This document shows positions 30,114 to 40,663 of a stretch of DNA of 64,000 nucleotides, in pieces. The stretch's first letter is position 1, and each line of letters starts with the position of its first letter. Under the pieces are notes generated by a model. That model was not told the DNA's origin. It saw nothing but the letters and a program-made list of their open reading frames with translations, and made no database searches. The position numbers and the translations under genes were made by a program. The DNA is taken from IMG/VR virus record IMGVR_UViG_3300033233_000004, positions 64,001-128,000 of that record. The stretch is one strand, 5' to 3'. The DNA comes from a virus.

Positions 30114-32165
30114 TTACTCTAAGGCTTTGGGTGTAGTGGTTTGGTCATGATTAATTTGTTCTTTTACACGAGCAGCTATTTTTTCACTATCTACATAAAT
30201 ATTAACTTGATTCACAATAGGTTCTCTCATTCCAAATATAGGAGTGTTACTCGTTTTTGTTGGAAATACTGTAGAAGGAGCCATAGTATTTTTTTCTGAT
30301 GCTGGTACAGACCCCATTTGTTGCATGTCATTATAATATTGTGCTCGTTCTTTTATAGACATATGTTCTACATCTGGAAGCGTTGGGGTTCCCTGAGCGA
30401 GTGTCCCTGCGGGTGTAGTATAGAAACCTTGATTTTTCTTTCTTTCTTCTTCTAACAATATTGTACGTGTTTTTTGGATTACAGGAGCATTTGCATTGAT
30501 ACTATCAATCAATTCGTAAATGCTGTAAACTGCTCCTGCCCAACCTAAAACACGACTGCCTATTTTTGCAAAACGCATAAATTTTGAAGCCACTGTTGCA
30601 GTAGATTCAAAAGGTAATGTACTCATTACAGTAGAAGTACCAACACCAAAGCCAGTACCGCCTGCTCCGCCGCTACCTAACGCACCTAATATACCCCCAC
30701 CACCTAAACGACCGAATAAACGTGGAATATCGGCCAATAACCCACCCGCTAAAGTTACAGCACCAAGCGCAATTGCAGCAGCATCAGCAGCTATAGATGC
30801 TAAACCTAAACTTTTTGCCATAGAGTCCAAAGACTCTTGCCATGTACCTGCTGCTTCTAATATGGCATTGAGTTTAGAATCGAATTGAGTTAACCCATTA
30901 TCAGCAATCTGTTTTAATTTATCATTTAAAGAATCTGCTGGCTGTTTAATATTAACAGTTTCTCCACGAAGAAGCTTACCCCAATCTTCTATAGATACTC
31001 CCAACATCTGGAACTCTTTTATCATCTGATTGCTATTCTTTGACATGGCAATCCAATCAATATCACCCGTCTTCGTTGTAGGAATAACATTACGAGCATA
31101 TTGTTGCAAGAAACCCATGAATTTTCCGGGTTCCATACGTTGCATAGCAAACATAGCTTCATCTGACCTAAGCCCTTGTTTTGTATATGGAGATAACATG
31201 GCATTCATTTCTTTAGGCATGAGTTGTTGTGCCATAGCAGTAAATCGTAATCTATTTTGTATTCCTTGTTGACCGAACTCTCTAAGACCAGCAGTACTAC
31301 GATACATTTGAAGCATACTATCAGTAGTTAATCCTAATTGATTAGCGGCTTGATTCATTTCCAGCATGGCTTGAGTTGCTTGTGGTAATCGCATGCCTTG
31401 TGTAACAAACTCTGTCAGTAATTGAGTACCAGCTTCAATGTTGTCATTCAAATTACCGATAGCTGTGTCGCCTTTATTCCAAGCATCGCGTATCATATCA
31501 ACCGCAGATAGAGCTTCCATGCTACTGACTTTGTAATTGCTCATGTGGTCTTGTAAGACGCTAATAGCACGACCATAATCCACGCCGGTTGCCATAGAGA
31601 GTCCTGTAATAACCTCAAACATCTTCTGCTGGCGAGTCGCTGGCATACCTTCCCGAAGAACTCTGCTCTGCATCTGCTCTACTGTCTTTTTGAACTGATC
31701 TGCAAATTCTTTACCATAGGTGTATTGCATTGACATTTGCGCCTTGGTTAAACCCATAGCTCCTTCAAAACCAGTTCCGTATGCTGTACCGCCACGTTCC
31801 CCACCCATTTTGATAAGAGATACACGTGTCTTTTCTACCTCATCTCGAATAGACCTTAAACGAAGACCAATAGCGAGTACGTGTGACCCAAGGGCCATCC
31901 AACTTCGTGGGTCTTTCATCAAAGAGAATTCTTGGTTGGTGCTTTTTGCCTCTTCTTTTAACTTTTTGATTTGTTGAATAACACGTCCAATTTGATTTTC
32001 TACACCAATAACAGCCAAAGGTGCTGCTAATGGATTTTTAGAAATAGTATATAAAAGGCTATTAAGTTGAGAGAGAATACCAACCGCAGCCGTCATAGTA
32101 CCAAGACCGGCTTCTGATAGAGCTAACGACTCCCCAAGATTTCCGCCTTCTGTTTCTTTTGCCAT
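30114..32165 (-). CDS. tape measure protein
   Basis: Long helical A/G/M/Q-rich protein with hydrophobic segments downstream of tube and chaperone genes. Confidence 0.65.
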   Translation of the reverse strand: MAKETEGGNLGESLALSEAGLGTMTAAVGILSQLNSLLYTISKNPLAAPLAVIGVENQIGRVIQQIKKLKEEAKSTNQEFSLMKDPRSWMALGSHVLAIGLRLRSIRDEVEKTRVSLIKMGGERGGTAYGTGFEGAMGLTKAQMSMQYTYGKEFADQFKKTVEQMQSRVLREGMPATRQQKMFEVITGLSMATGVDYGRAISVLQDHMSNYKVSSMEALSAVDMIRDAWNKGDTAIGNLNDNIEAGTQLLTEFVTQGMRLPQATQAMLEMNQAANQLGLTTDSMLQMYRSTAGLREFGQQGIQNRLRFTAMAQQLMPKEMNAMLSPYTKQGLRSDEAMFAMQRMEPGKFMGFLQQYARNVIPTTKTGDIDWIAMSKNSNQMIKEFQMLGVSIEDWGKLLRGETVNIKQPADSLNDKLKQIADNGLTQFDSKLNAILEAAGTWQESLDSMAKSLGLASIAADAAAIALGAVTLAGGLLADIPRLFGRLGGGGILGALGSGGAGGTGFGVGTSTVMSTLPFESTATVASKFMRFAKIGSRVLGWAGAVYSIYELIDSINANAPVIQKTRTILLEEERKKNQGFYTTPAGTLAQGTPTLPDVEHMSIKERAQYYNDMQQMGSVPASEKNTMAPSTVFPTKTSNTPIFGMREPIVNQVNIYVDSEKIAARVKEQINHDQTTTPKALE

Positions 32166-32171
32166 ATAATC

Positions 32172-32945
32172 CTACTTGATAATATCCAAGTCGTTATCCG
32201 ACTCGATATTTTGTGATTTGGATTGTTCTGCTACTTCCAACTGAGAAATGATAGCTTTATCTGATTCTGGTAATCCAAAGGTACCGCTCAACATTTGTTT
32301 CTTGTGTTCTTCAAATTCCACATTGGTCTTTTTATTTTCTTTAACTTTCTCAACAAATTGATACAATTCCTGATTTAACCATGGTTTGATAGACTCTACT
32401 ATATCTACTACGAATTTACGTTCCTCCTGTCGGTAGAATGCACTGGCATAAGCTATCCACAATTGCTGTTCCATAGATACTGGAAGAGTCATTATAGCAT
32501 TAATACCAATAGATTGAGCAATCTCCCATTGAAATTTTGAAATAGGTTGTTTGGTATAATCTGCCAAGTGTTCATAAAAAAAAGTCTTCCAATTTGAAAA
32601 TTCTCGTATAACTTCTGCGAAGATTAGGTTAACAAGAGGCATATTAGTAGTGGAAAGAAAATGAAAAAGCTCTGGTTCGGTCAATTTCGAATTCTTGATA
32701 GCTACAATAACTTTGGAGAGACGACTATGAAGTGGAGTACTGTTGTTATCAAGATGGCGTGAAGAAAGCTGTATACGAAAATTCATTCGTTGAAGTTGCT
32801 CATTGCAAGACGCTCGAAAAGGATAGATGTTTACTTCGGGTGCCAGATTGTGAAATAATACTTTTTCAATATCGAAATCATTAAACCGTGTTTGTTGTTT
32901 TTTCATGTGTTTCTGCCAAGTCAATAAGATAGTCTCTGTATTCAT
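32172..32945 (-). CDS. putative tail assembly chaperone
   Basis: Position between tube and tape measure; start may be ATG 32906. Confidence 0.45.
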   Translation of the reverse strand: MNTETILLTWQKHMKKQQTRFNDFDIEKVLFHNLAPEVNIYPFRASCNEQLQRMNFRIQLSSRHLDNNSTPLHSRLSKVIVAIKNSKLTEPELFHFLSTTNMPLVNLIFAEVIREFSNWKTFFYEHLADYTKQPISKFQWEIAQSIGINAIMTLPVSMEQQLWIAYASAFYRQEERKFVVDIVESIKPWLNQELYQFVEKVKENKKTNVEFEEHKKQMLSGTFGLPESDKAIISQLEVAEQSKSQNIESDNDLDIIK

Positions 32946-33609
32946 CTTGAGTTTTAAAATCAGCAGGAGTCCTTACAGTAGGCGTGTTTTGAGGTGATGC
33001 TGCGGTGGGTTGAACGTCGTCTTTTTTCGGTTCAGGAATTAATTCTTGTTCTTCAAATTCAAATGCGTCTTCTTCACTTATCTTAGGCAAACAATCAATA
33101 CAAAGGAATTCTGCTGTACTAAACTTAAGTTTACGAGCACCCTCTGGAAGTATATGGTCTATGCGTTTACAAATACCACACATCTGCATCCCCATTACTT
33201 TTCGAGCTTGTTTTTGTTGCAGTTCTGAGTAGAGCGAGTATAGATAGTCTACTAAATACTGTTCAAAATCATTAACAAAAACTCGTTTATACTCAAGGTC
33301 AGATAGTTCTGTTTTATGCGCTTGGTTGTACTGTTCTAAATCTTCTTTGACAACAACATTAGAACCATCTACTGTCCATAAGGTACGAGCAACAATTTCC
33401 TTTTTAAGAGCTTGGTCTTGAGCCGTAACAGAAGCATTGTTGATATATTCCAATGATTGTTCGAGTTCTCCTGCATTCAAAAGACGCAATCCAACCGTTC
33501 TACCTCTCCATAAAGGAAGTCCAAACCAAGCTCGAAACGGTTTAAGCACTGTTATCCCATTAGGACTTAATGCTGTGAGTTCTGTAAGTATTTTCAAAAT
33601 GGATGCCAT
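32881..33609 (-). CDS. putative tail assembly chaperone with CxxC..CxxC
   Basis: LRLLN..E, VDYLY..Y.EL; directly after the tube gene. Confidence 0.55.
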   Translation of the reverse strand: MASILKILTELTALSPNGITVLKPFRAWFGLPLWRGRTVGLRLLNAGELEQSLEYINNASVTAQDQALKKEIVARTLWTVDGSNVVVKEDLEQYNQAHKTELSDLEYKRVFVNDFEQYLVDYLYSLYSELQQKQARKVMGMQMCGICKRIDHILPEGARKLKFSTAEFLCIDCLPKISEEDAFEFEEQELIPEPKKDDVQPTAASPQNTPTVRTPADFKTQDEYRDYLIDLAETHEKTTNTV

Positions 33610-33640
33610 AGAGGAACCTATAGGTAAGATGAAGGAAGGA

Positions 33641-33665
33641 GCGGCACTTAAAATATAAAGTGCCG
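33641..33665 (-). terminator. hairpin after the tail tube gene
   Basis: CGGCACTT-N7-AAGTGCCG followed by a pyrimidine-rich tract. Confidence 0.45.
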
Positions 33666-33681
33666 TTAATATAAGAATGGA

Positions 33682-34146
33682 TTACTTATTACTCATAAAA
33701 ATTCTTTCGCACTCTAACGTAGCATTTTCTTTAATTGTAATTTCACCGGCACCAACTGTCTTACTCCAACCTGTTATCCAGCAACGGTCATATACTATTT
33801 GGCGAGACTCACCATTAGGGCCTGTGATTTGTTCAACAATGGTAATTGGGTCACGAATTTGAGCGATTGATTCACCAAAAATATTGTAACCTAATGCTTT
33901 GATAACGTTCTTATTGTATGTTTCAATACGGTCGATAGTGATTTTGAATTCAGAACGACCCGGAACAATTTCAAACGTGTCTTCCAACGTATTTAGAATT
34001 TCACGAACACGTTCGACTGCTCGGTTAGCCGTAGGATTAAATCCTTGAAGTGTACCAATTTCTACACCTTGGGATTTAATTGTGTAGCTATAGGAGACCA
34101 CACTTTGAGTATTTGGAATTTGAGTATGATTTTTGAAATTTAACAT
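33682..34146 (-). CDS. tail tube protein
   Basis: 154 aa after sheath; IG.LQ.F....R..ERVREI, EIVPG, Y..CWI, I.ENAT. Confidence 0.8.
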   Translation of the reverse strand: MLNFKNHTQIPNTQSVVSYSYTIKSQGVEIGTLQGFNPTANRAVERVREILNTLEDTFEIVPGRSEFKITIDRIETYNKNVIKALGYNIFGESIAQIRDPITIVEQITGPNGESRQIVYDRCWITGWSKTVGAGEITIKENATLECERIFMSNK

Positions 34147-35228
34147 GTGATATTCTCCTTCGAGACATAGTTTACAAATTGTGAAATTTTGTTCTTGAGA
34201 TGTAGCATGTCTTTTAGTTCATGTTCCCAAATGACAAGACAAGTAACACCGATTGCTGAATAATTATTAACAATGTCGGCTTCATGGTCGGCTGGTTCAA
34301 GGTCTTCAAAATGTTTACCGTGCCAGTAGGTACCAAAGCATTCAATTACGGCTGTGCGAGATGGAAACAACGTAAAATCGGCATTCTTATTACGACCATC
34401 TTGAAACTTGAACATACCAGACGGATTGAAGTCGCCAGTATATTGAAAGTCTGATGGAAGAAAAGCAGCAATCTTTTGTTCAAACTTGTTAGGTCGAAGC
34501 TTGAGACCTTTCTGAAGAGCATCCCAATACTTCTGAGATTGCATACTACGCTTGAGGCTTTCTTTTCGTTTTGCGATCTCTTCTGGCGAATGCTTTCTAC
34601 CAGTTTGTGCTTTACTAACAGCGTCTTTTACATTCTGTGGTGCACGATAGCCATTAATTGCTTTTGAAGCTTTTATCTTGGCAAGAGTTTCGGAAGAACG
34701 TGGGATACCCCGCCTTTTGTTTGCTAATCTCGCAGTAATTTGTTTACCAATATCTGTCTGATAAAACTCTTTGAGTTTCTTTGAAACTTCTGGTCGTTTA
34801 ATACCACGTGTAGATTGTGCAAGTTCTTTTTGTCTATCTTTACCTTGCGGACTTTTCCAATACGCTCTCAAGATTTTTGAATTATCTTTAGATAAATTCG
34901 GGTATAACTTTTTACGAGTTTCGACACCCCTCTTCACACCACTTTTCCATTTCGATCCTTGGAAAACTTCATGCATTCGTACTTTATGCTTATACAAGGC
35001 TTCTTCTGACCACGGCTTATATTTCTTCTTTGGTACAGTAGAGGACTTAAAAGACTTTAATTCAAAGGATTTTTTACTAACAGTAATAGCATTTGGAAAT
35101 CTTTGCCTGTAATCTTTCAAAGTAGTTTGATGTATTTGTCTAAGATGTGATGCGGACAATCTTTTACTTCTGCGTCCACACAATTCACAAATTACATAAT
35201 CTATATTTTGTAAGTTATTATCAGACAT
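34140..35228 (-). CDS. free-standing homing endonuclease (Zn finger + NUMOD3 + Vsr-like PD-(D/E)xK)
   Basis: ICELCG...SHL..IH, HSPEEIAKR, ADF...VIECFGTYWHG, LVIWEHE; sits between sheath and tube. Confidence 0.8.
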   Translation of the reverse strand: MSDNNLQNIDYVICELCGRRSKRLSASHLRQIHQTTLKDYRQRFPNAITVSKKSFELKSFKSSTVPKKKYKPWSEEALYKHKVRMHEVFQGSKWKSGVKRGVETRKKLYPNLSKDNSKILRAYWKSPQGKDRQKELAQSTRGIKRPEVSKKLKEFYQTDIGKQITARLANKRRGIPRSSETLAKIKASKAINGYRAPQNVKDAVSKAQTGRKHSPEEIAKRKESLKRSMQSQKYWDALQKGLKLRPNKFEQKIAAFLPSDFQYTGDFNPSGMFKFQDGRNKNADFTLFPSRTAVIECFGTYWHGKHFEDLEPADHEADIVNNYSAIGVTCLVIWEHELKDMLHLKNKISQFVNYVSKENITC

Positions 35229-35232
35229 ACTC

Positions 35233-36759
35233 TTATATGAAGGTCGAAACCACGATGTTGATAAACTTCATTGGATAAAGGAATTTTATACTGCATGTTA
35301 CGTTAATTCTTCGCGGTTCATTTACATCCTGAATTGCAGTAATCTTGGTTTCACCAGTGTTGGGATCATCCTTAATACCATATCCAAATATTTCTCCTGC
35401 TTGACGTAAACTATTGAGAATTGAACGAGTCGTTGCCTCAACATCACGTACCGTTGAAGGGTTAATCGTTTTGCCTTTATTGGTGTAAACCTCAAACAAC
35501 TTAGCGGAAAGTGTACGCTCAACCAATCGACGCTGTGATACTACAGAAATCTCTTGTGTATCAGCACTTGTACTATCAGTCGTAATAGCATCACGAATAG
35601 TAATGAGACCAGCAATGTTTTGTAATACCAAAACACCACCAGCACCAAGAGAATTCATCTGGAACATATCCCACTTATCTTCTTCAATATTAATACCAGT
35701 TACCGGGAATCCAGTTATTGGAATGGAACGCAATGGTTGTGCAGCATGAACACCAGCAATAGCACATGCAGCGTATGCCGAATCCAGTTCTATACGAATA
35801 TTATTATTGTCAAATCTCCATACAACAGATGGAGCAACTAAAGCAACATCTTCATGCGAAAATGCTTTTGCTTTACCAATGTAAGAATTTGATACACTGG
35901 AATCTCCAATAAGGTCAAAACTTTCAGATGGATTGTATAATGGAGACGATACACCATAATACATACCTCTCCAACGACCATTAAGATTCATTAATTGTGT
36001 ATGCTGAAATAAATATGTCTGAACATCGTTACGGAATGTCGATGTTGGAAGAGAACCACTTGGGAAAATAGCAATAACTTCTTCAATAGCACTCTTCTTA
36101 CGCAATTTATCAATAGCATCTCGATAATTTGCAACAGAGAATGATGCCAACGAACCAGACACTTGACATACAATAACAGCAGGTGCTCCATTTTCTAAAG
36201 CAATAGATGCAGCAATTGTCAAGCTACCCGATGTGTTATTTTCCTCACCGAAGAAATCAACAAGAGATTGCTTGTCGGAGAATGTCATTGGTAAGAATTG
36301 TGATGCAGGAACGTCAAATTGATATGTTACATAATACACAGAACCTGTTGCTGGAACCGAACCTGTAGTAACTGCTGCGGCTTCTTGATTCCAAGAAATT
36401 ATACCATTAGTATACAAACCATTACTTCCAAAGTAACCTGCAACTGGAAATACACCACCTGCTGGAATAGAACCAGATGGAAGATAAAGACTTCCATTCA
36501 CACCTTGAATAGCATCTGGACTACTACCGCTTACCAAGCCTGTACGTTTTGCAACTTTTGTAATGACAACATTCGTGGATGGATACGCAGCAAGAGCATC
36601 AGTACCGCCGACACCTCTTTGTACAGCTTCATCAACAACATAGCGAACAACAGGGCCTATGCCGACAATGGCTGGCAATCGTGCCTCACCAGCAATATTA
36701 ATAATGCGTGGATTTGGAACGACATTGACATCGACTTTTGGTGGAGAATAAAGAGACAT
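35233..36759 (-). CDS. tail sheath protein
   Basis: Y.PP.V.V start, IRDAITTD, EISV, EPRRINV....K..YP...I.I C-terminus. Confidence 0.88.
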   Translation of the reverse strand: MSLYSPPKVDVNVVPNPRIINIAGEARLPAIVGIGPVVRYVVDEAVQRGVGGTDALAAYPSTNVVITKVAKRTGLVSGSSPDAIQGVNGSLYLPSGSIPAGGVFPVAGYFGSNGLYTNGIISWNQEAAAVTTGSVPATGSVYYVTYQFDVPASQFLPMTFSDKQSLVDFFGEENNTSGSLTIAASIALENGAPAVIVCQVSGSLASFSVANYRDAIDKLRKKSAIEEVIAIFPSGSLPTSTFRNDVQTYLFQHTQLMNLNGRWRGMYYGVSSPLYNPSESFDLIGDSSVSNSYIGKAKAFSHEDVALVAPSVVWRFDNNNIRIELDSAYAACAIAGVHAAQPLRSIPITGFPVTGINIEEDKWDMFQMNSLGAGGVLVLQNIAGLITIRDAITTDSTSADTQEISVVSQRRLVERTLSAKLFEVYTNKGKTINPSTVRDVEATTRSILNSLRQAGEIFGYGIKDDPNTGETKITAIQDVNEPRRINVTCSIKFLYPMKFINIVVSTFI

Positions 36760-36821
36760 ATGATTACTCCTATGACTTTGGTAGTGTATCCCAAATAATT
36801 AGGTGTTATAATAGCTGTTGT

Positions 36822-36863
36822 TACATACTATAAATACACACTTTGTAAGGTATTTTATAGTGG
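36822..36863 (-). promoter_or_regulatory. candidate late promoter upstream of the sheath gene
   Basis: CCACTATAAA-N17-TATTTATAGTATGTA; matched at 48706..48747. Confidence 0.55.
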
Positions 36864-36888
36864 TATAATGAGATTTTTTATGGTCTTA

Positions 36889-37977
36889 TCAAAACCCAGT
36901 AACTGCGCCATGAGTATTGATTTCTTTAATAGTTTGTTCTTCAAAATCAAGGCTCCATTCGGTACGTATATCAACAGTAAGACCAATAGTGAAAATTATG
37001 TCATTATCTCCACGCTTACGGTTCTCTAAGGCTCCCTTTGCCACTTTTTTAATAGAAATACCTTTACTGGTAAGGAAAGGTACATTATCAACCAATAATC
37101 TGGATAAATTGAGTTTGGCTTCATTAGTGCTTGAACGACTCAATGCACCATACTGTCCCATTTTAATGTATATTTCACTTAAATCTGCAAGATTTTGTGC
37201 TTTTTCCATAGAGTTCTTTGAAGAACAACGAATAATAATGGAGAATTCTTGAGCACCACCCATTCGCATAAGCGGAGAATAACGTAATCCGCCATAAATA
37301 CTGCCAGTGACCAGAGTGCCTATAGGAGTGCTGCCTGAGTAGGCTATGGAAGAATAAACACCATTGTACGTAGTATCTATAGCAATTCGATATACTGAAC
37401 CTGATTTTGGTGTAAGTTCAATCCAGTAGTCCTGACCATTCTGAATCAAAGGATATGAATAGAAACCACCGAAATATGTACTTGTCGTAAGAGAATCAAA
37501 ACTCTGAATACTACCTGATGCAAGAAGTACAGACCCTGTAGTAAAGTAATTTTGAAATAGTTTGATAGTGATGTCTTCAACATTCTCACCATTTTTCCAT
37601 ACCATATCTGTAATAAATCCACCCAAAGAACCTGTAAAATTGGATGGTAATTTAAAAGCAAATGGAGTACTGGTTGAAAAATTTACTAAAGCTAACGACC
37701 GAGTACCAAGTGGAGATGTGAAATCAAAAGTGTTATCTACTTGGTCATTGAAACCGAGTGATACAGACGTACCACCTAAAGAACCCACGGTTATCAAAGG
37801 ATACTTTTCAGGCTCTTCAAAAAATTGTTCGAAGACAAGTTCACCTTCTGGCTTATCTACCGAAACTATCTCCAATTCACGATTAGTCCATGAACCACCA
37901 TATCTAAAACAACGTCTTAGATATTCTACAAATGTATCTTTTCCATGTTTTTCAAAACGATAAAATAGTTTATCCAT
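36889..37977 (-). CDS. tail terminator / completion protein with inserted beta domain
   Basis: EKYPLITV motif; upstream of sheath. Confidence 0.5.
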   Translation of the reverse strand: MDKLFYRFEKHGKDTFVEYLRRCFRYGGSWTNRELEIVSVDKPEGELVFEQFFEEPEKYPLITVGSLGGTSVSLGFNDQVDNTFDFTSPLGTRSLALVNFSTSTPFAFKLPSNFTGSLGGFITDMVWKNGENVEDITIKLFQNYFTTGSVLLASGSIQSFDSLTTSTYFGGFYSYPLIQNGQDYWIELTPKSGSVYRIAIDTTYNGVYSSIAYSGSTPIGTLVTGSIYGGLRYSPLMRMGGAQEFSIIIRCSSKNSMEKAQNLADLSEIYIKMGQYGALSRSSTNEAKLNLSRLLVDNVPFLTSKGISIKKVAKGALENRKRGDNDIIFTIGLTVDIRTEWSLDFEEQTIKEINTHGAVTGF

Positions 37978-38247
37978 TACAATACACCTTTTAATATTAA
38001 GGCTTTTTGAATACTGTGTTTATAAAACTCGATTGCCTTAGAAACAGCAGCCGTGTTCTCAACTACACAACGAATTATTGAAAACCCGTATTTTAATGCC
38101 AACCTATCTTTATAGTCATCATTTTCTTTTTGATTCTTGTGCCAGTATGTACTGTCATCCACAGGACATTGTTTCACCCGCCAACAAGTGTCCCATAACC
38201 GACAGCATTCCAAATTTCTGTCCAGTTATATTTTTGAAGACACCCAT
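37977..38247 (-). pseudogene. internally deleted homing endonuclease remnant
   Basis: MGVFKNITGQKFGMLSV..SCG* then frameshift to YWHKNQKENDDYKDRLALKYGFSIIR. Confidence 0.7.
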
Positions 38248-38251
38248 AGGT

Positions 38252-39118
38252 TTACTTTATGAACGGAATATCATAACGCTGGTCGAATTTCTCAAGCAAA
38301 TTTAACTTGAAACGTTGAGATACAAGTTGTCGTTGGATTACAGAGTCTGTGGAGTTAACAATTTCGTACCGATACTCTATTCCATCAGGACTATCCTCAG
38401 CATCGAGTATTAGTACATCAAAGTCATTCACATATGGAGTCCAAGCCATATGAGAATCACGATTTTCAATAATTACTTTACCCTCATCACTAATAACTAC
38501 ATCATGAATATTGATTGGAAGACGAACCAATACTTGATTTGGTTTTTGAACGAGGTTCCAAAAATTGTTGATATATTGTCGCCAGCCAAATAAAGATTGG
38601 TTAATAGAATCCCCTCGTTTTACAGAAAGGTCTTCAACACCATCTTCCCATGTTGTATAATGATATGTAACCGCGGTAGTATTAGTAAAACCAACATTGA
38701 AGACTACTTCTACACGATGTGGGTCTGTGTCTTTTCTTTCCACTACTGCTATTTCAGTATCGGCAATTATGTCATCGGGGGTTAGCACACGTGTAAGACG
38801 AGAACCATTGACATAAATACCAATATTTCCCTGTCCATTATTAACATATGGACGTGTGTCAGGATGATTAGACCCACCACCCCAAATTATTAATCTGTAT
38901 TGATTGTTGGATAATATAAATTGCTCTGATAACGGTGCTATTTGTGCACTGGCATAACCTACAGGTACACCACCAGTTGCTTTCTGTAGAAGATACATTG
39001 GTGTATGCGAAATTCTTTGTAACACCAAGTAAGTATCACGAATATATTGAATATGTAGGGGATCAATTCCCAGATATTCGTCGTATCCAAAAGAAATATT
39101 TCGAGGTGTAATGGTCAT
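38252..39118 (-). CDS. neck / head closure protein
   Basis: W.PYVNDFDVLI, RYEI...T.S, QRFKL; position between head and tail genes. Confidence 0.5.
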   Translation of the reverse strand: MTITPRNISFGYDEYLGIDPLHIQYIRDTYLVLQRISHTPMYLLQKATGGVPVGYASAQIAPLSEQFILSNNQYRLIIWGGGSNHPDTRPYVNNGQGNIGIYVNGSRLTRVLTPDDIIADTEIAVVERKDTDPHRVEVVFNVGFTNTTAVTYHYTTWEDGVEDLSVKRGDSINQSLFGWRQYINNFWNLVQKPNQVLVRLPINIHDVVISDEGKVIIENRDSHMAWTPYVNDFDVLILDAEDSPDGIEYRYEIVNSTDSVIQRQLVSQRFKLNLLEKFDQRYDIPFIK

Positions 39119-39126
39119 GAAATGTA

Positions 39127-39363
39127 TTACCCACTGCTCTTTTTTTCTTTAGGTTCTTTAATATCTTTCGCCTTTGGTATTTGTATAGATGGTGTATCTA
39201 CATATTCAAATAATGTGTCTATGGCATCACGAAGCTGTTCTTGAGTTAACACAACTTCTTCACCTTCTTCGGTATTATACTCCAAAGCATCAGTACGAAT
39301 AGGATTCCCCTTTTCATCCAATGTAACCACATTGATAGTTATGTCTGTAATGAATTTGTTCAT
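39127..39363 (-). CDS. hypothetical protein
   Basis: 78 aa, AGGTG ribosome binding site, in operon. Confidence 0.5.
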   Translation of the reverse strand: MNKFITDITINVVTLDEKGNPIRTDALEYNTEEGEEVVLTQEQLRDAIDTLFEYVDTPSIQIPKAKDIKEPKEKKSSG

Positions 39364-39409
39364 AGCGACACCTATTGTACTAATGTGAATGTTGTGATAC
39401 GAAAAAAAT

Positions 39410-39438
39410 TTGCTTTTGATGTAGAAAATGTGTATATT
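39410..39438 (+). promoter_or_regulatory. promoter of a leaderless HNH-AP2 gene
   Basis: TTGCTT-N17-TATATT-N6-ATG. Confidence 0.6.
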
Positions 39439-39444
39439 GTATAT

Positions 39445-40134
39445 ATGAATAAACGATTGAATCTCATAGGGAAAACCTTCAACAGACTAACTGTTGTTGA
39501 GTTTGCTTTTGTGGATAAACGACATAAGTCTTATTGGAAATGCCGTTGTGAATGTGGTAAAGAAATAGTTGTTCGCTCTGATTGTCTAAAATCAAACCAC
39601 ACTAAATCTTGTGGTTGTCTAAGTAAAGAAATAACAAGTAAACGACTACAAGGAAATAAATTAGCTTTCAAACATGGACATTCCACGAAGACTAAGAAGT
39701 CGCCAGAATATTGGTCGTGGAAAGATATGGTTCATAGATGCATTTACAAAGGATATCGGTATTACAAACGCTATAGTGAGCTTGGTATCTATGAACCTTG
39801 GTTAATCTTTACCAACTTCTTGCAATATCTTAAAGATAACGGTATGTATCCAAGACCTAATGGGCTATCCATCCACAGAATTGATAATGAACAAGGATAC
39901 TTTCCCGGTAATATAAAATGGGCTACATCTAAAGAACAGGCCAACAATCGAAGACCACCTAAAATTCAATCTAATAATACATCTGGTTTCAAAGGTGTCT
40001 CGTACAATAAAACTGCAAGAAAATGGGTAGCACAGATTAAAGGAACTTATCTCGGTTTATTTCCTACTCCTGAATTAGCTGCTCAAGCCTATAAAGAAGC
40101 TGCAATTAAAACATACGTTAGTTTACCAATGTAA
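39445..40134 (+). CDS. free-standing HNH-AP2 homing endonuclease
   Basis: Paralogue of 23763 (SIHRIDNEQGYFPGNIKW, NTSGFKGV); ATG 39445 aligns with the paralogue start. Confidence 0.85.
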   Translation: MNKRLNLIGKTFNRLTVVEFAFVDKRHKSYWKCRCECGKEIVVRSDCLKSNHTKSCGCLSKEITSKRLQGNKLAFKHGHSTKTKKSPEYWSWKDMVHRCIYKGYRYYKRYSELGIYEPWLIFTNFLQYLKDNGMYPRPNGLSIHRIDNEQGYFPGNIKWATSKEQANNRRPPKIQSNNTSGFKGVSYNKTARKWVAQIKGTYLGLFPTPELAAQAYKEAAIKTYVSLPM

Positions 40135-40660
40135 AGTAACAAATTCTGAAATAATTTGATGGTTGGATAGTTCTCGTTTTTTGAAAAACCCCACCGCCCT
40201 CGAACTGAGAACCAACCTCATTAGAACTCGTATTCCCTTCTATTGTCTCTCCTGATACTGTACCCCACCTGCGTATAAATCCAATATGACCAAGTGGCCC
40301 TGTTCCACGTTTCCATATTACAAGCGAACCAGACGGAATTTTGATTTTGCCAATTAAAACGTCGTTCGCCTTTATGGATTGTTTCGTAATGAACTTCTGT
40401 GCTAATGCAGAACGAATTGGAAATGTAGAATGGGATACTGTAAGGCAATACGATACAAACGCTGCACACCAAGAATACCCTTTTTCTAATCCAACCGAAC
40501 GAAGAAATTTCTCAACATTTACGCCATCATTATGACCCGTCGCCTCGACAGTACCGACATATGTATTTGCAGTATCAAGATGTGCTGCTGTTTTGTAATG
40601 ACCATGGGATGTGGATATACAAAACAAAGAAAACAGCAATATAATAATATACCGATACAT
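40118..40660 (-). CDS. CHAP-domain peptidoglycan hydrolase with signal peptide (endolysin candidate)
   Basis: WCAAFVS, GHIGF, TIEGNT; hydrophobic N-terminus. Confidence 0.85.
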   Translation of the reverse strand: MYRYIIILLFSLFCISTSHGHYKTAAHLDTANTYVGTVEATGHNDGVNVEKFLRSVGLEKGYSWCAAFVSYCLTVSHSTFPIRSALAQKFITKQSIKANDVLIGKIKIPSGSLVIWKRGTGPLGHIGFIRRWGTVSGETIEGNTSSNEVGSQFEGGGVFQKTRTIQPSNYFRICYFTLVN

Positions 40661-40663
40661 GTT

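Noticed and set aside
32881-32945. Programmed -1 frameshift between the two tail chaperone genes
   Set aside because: The downstream ORF is in the +1 frame, has its own ATG, and no in-frame X XXY YYZ heptamer is evident.
34140-35228. Endonuclease between sheath and tube as part of an intron
   Set aside because: It abuts both genes (4-nt gap and 7-nt overlap) with no room for group I core elements, and both neighbours look complete.
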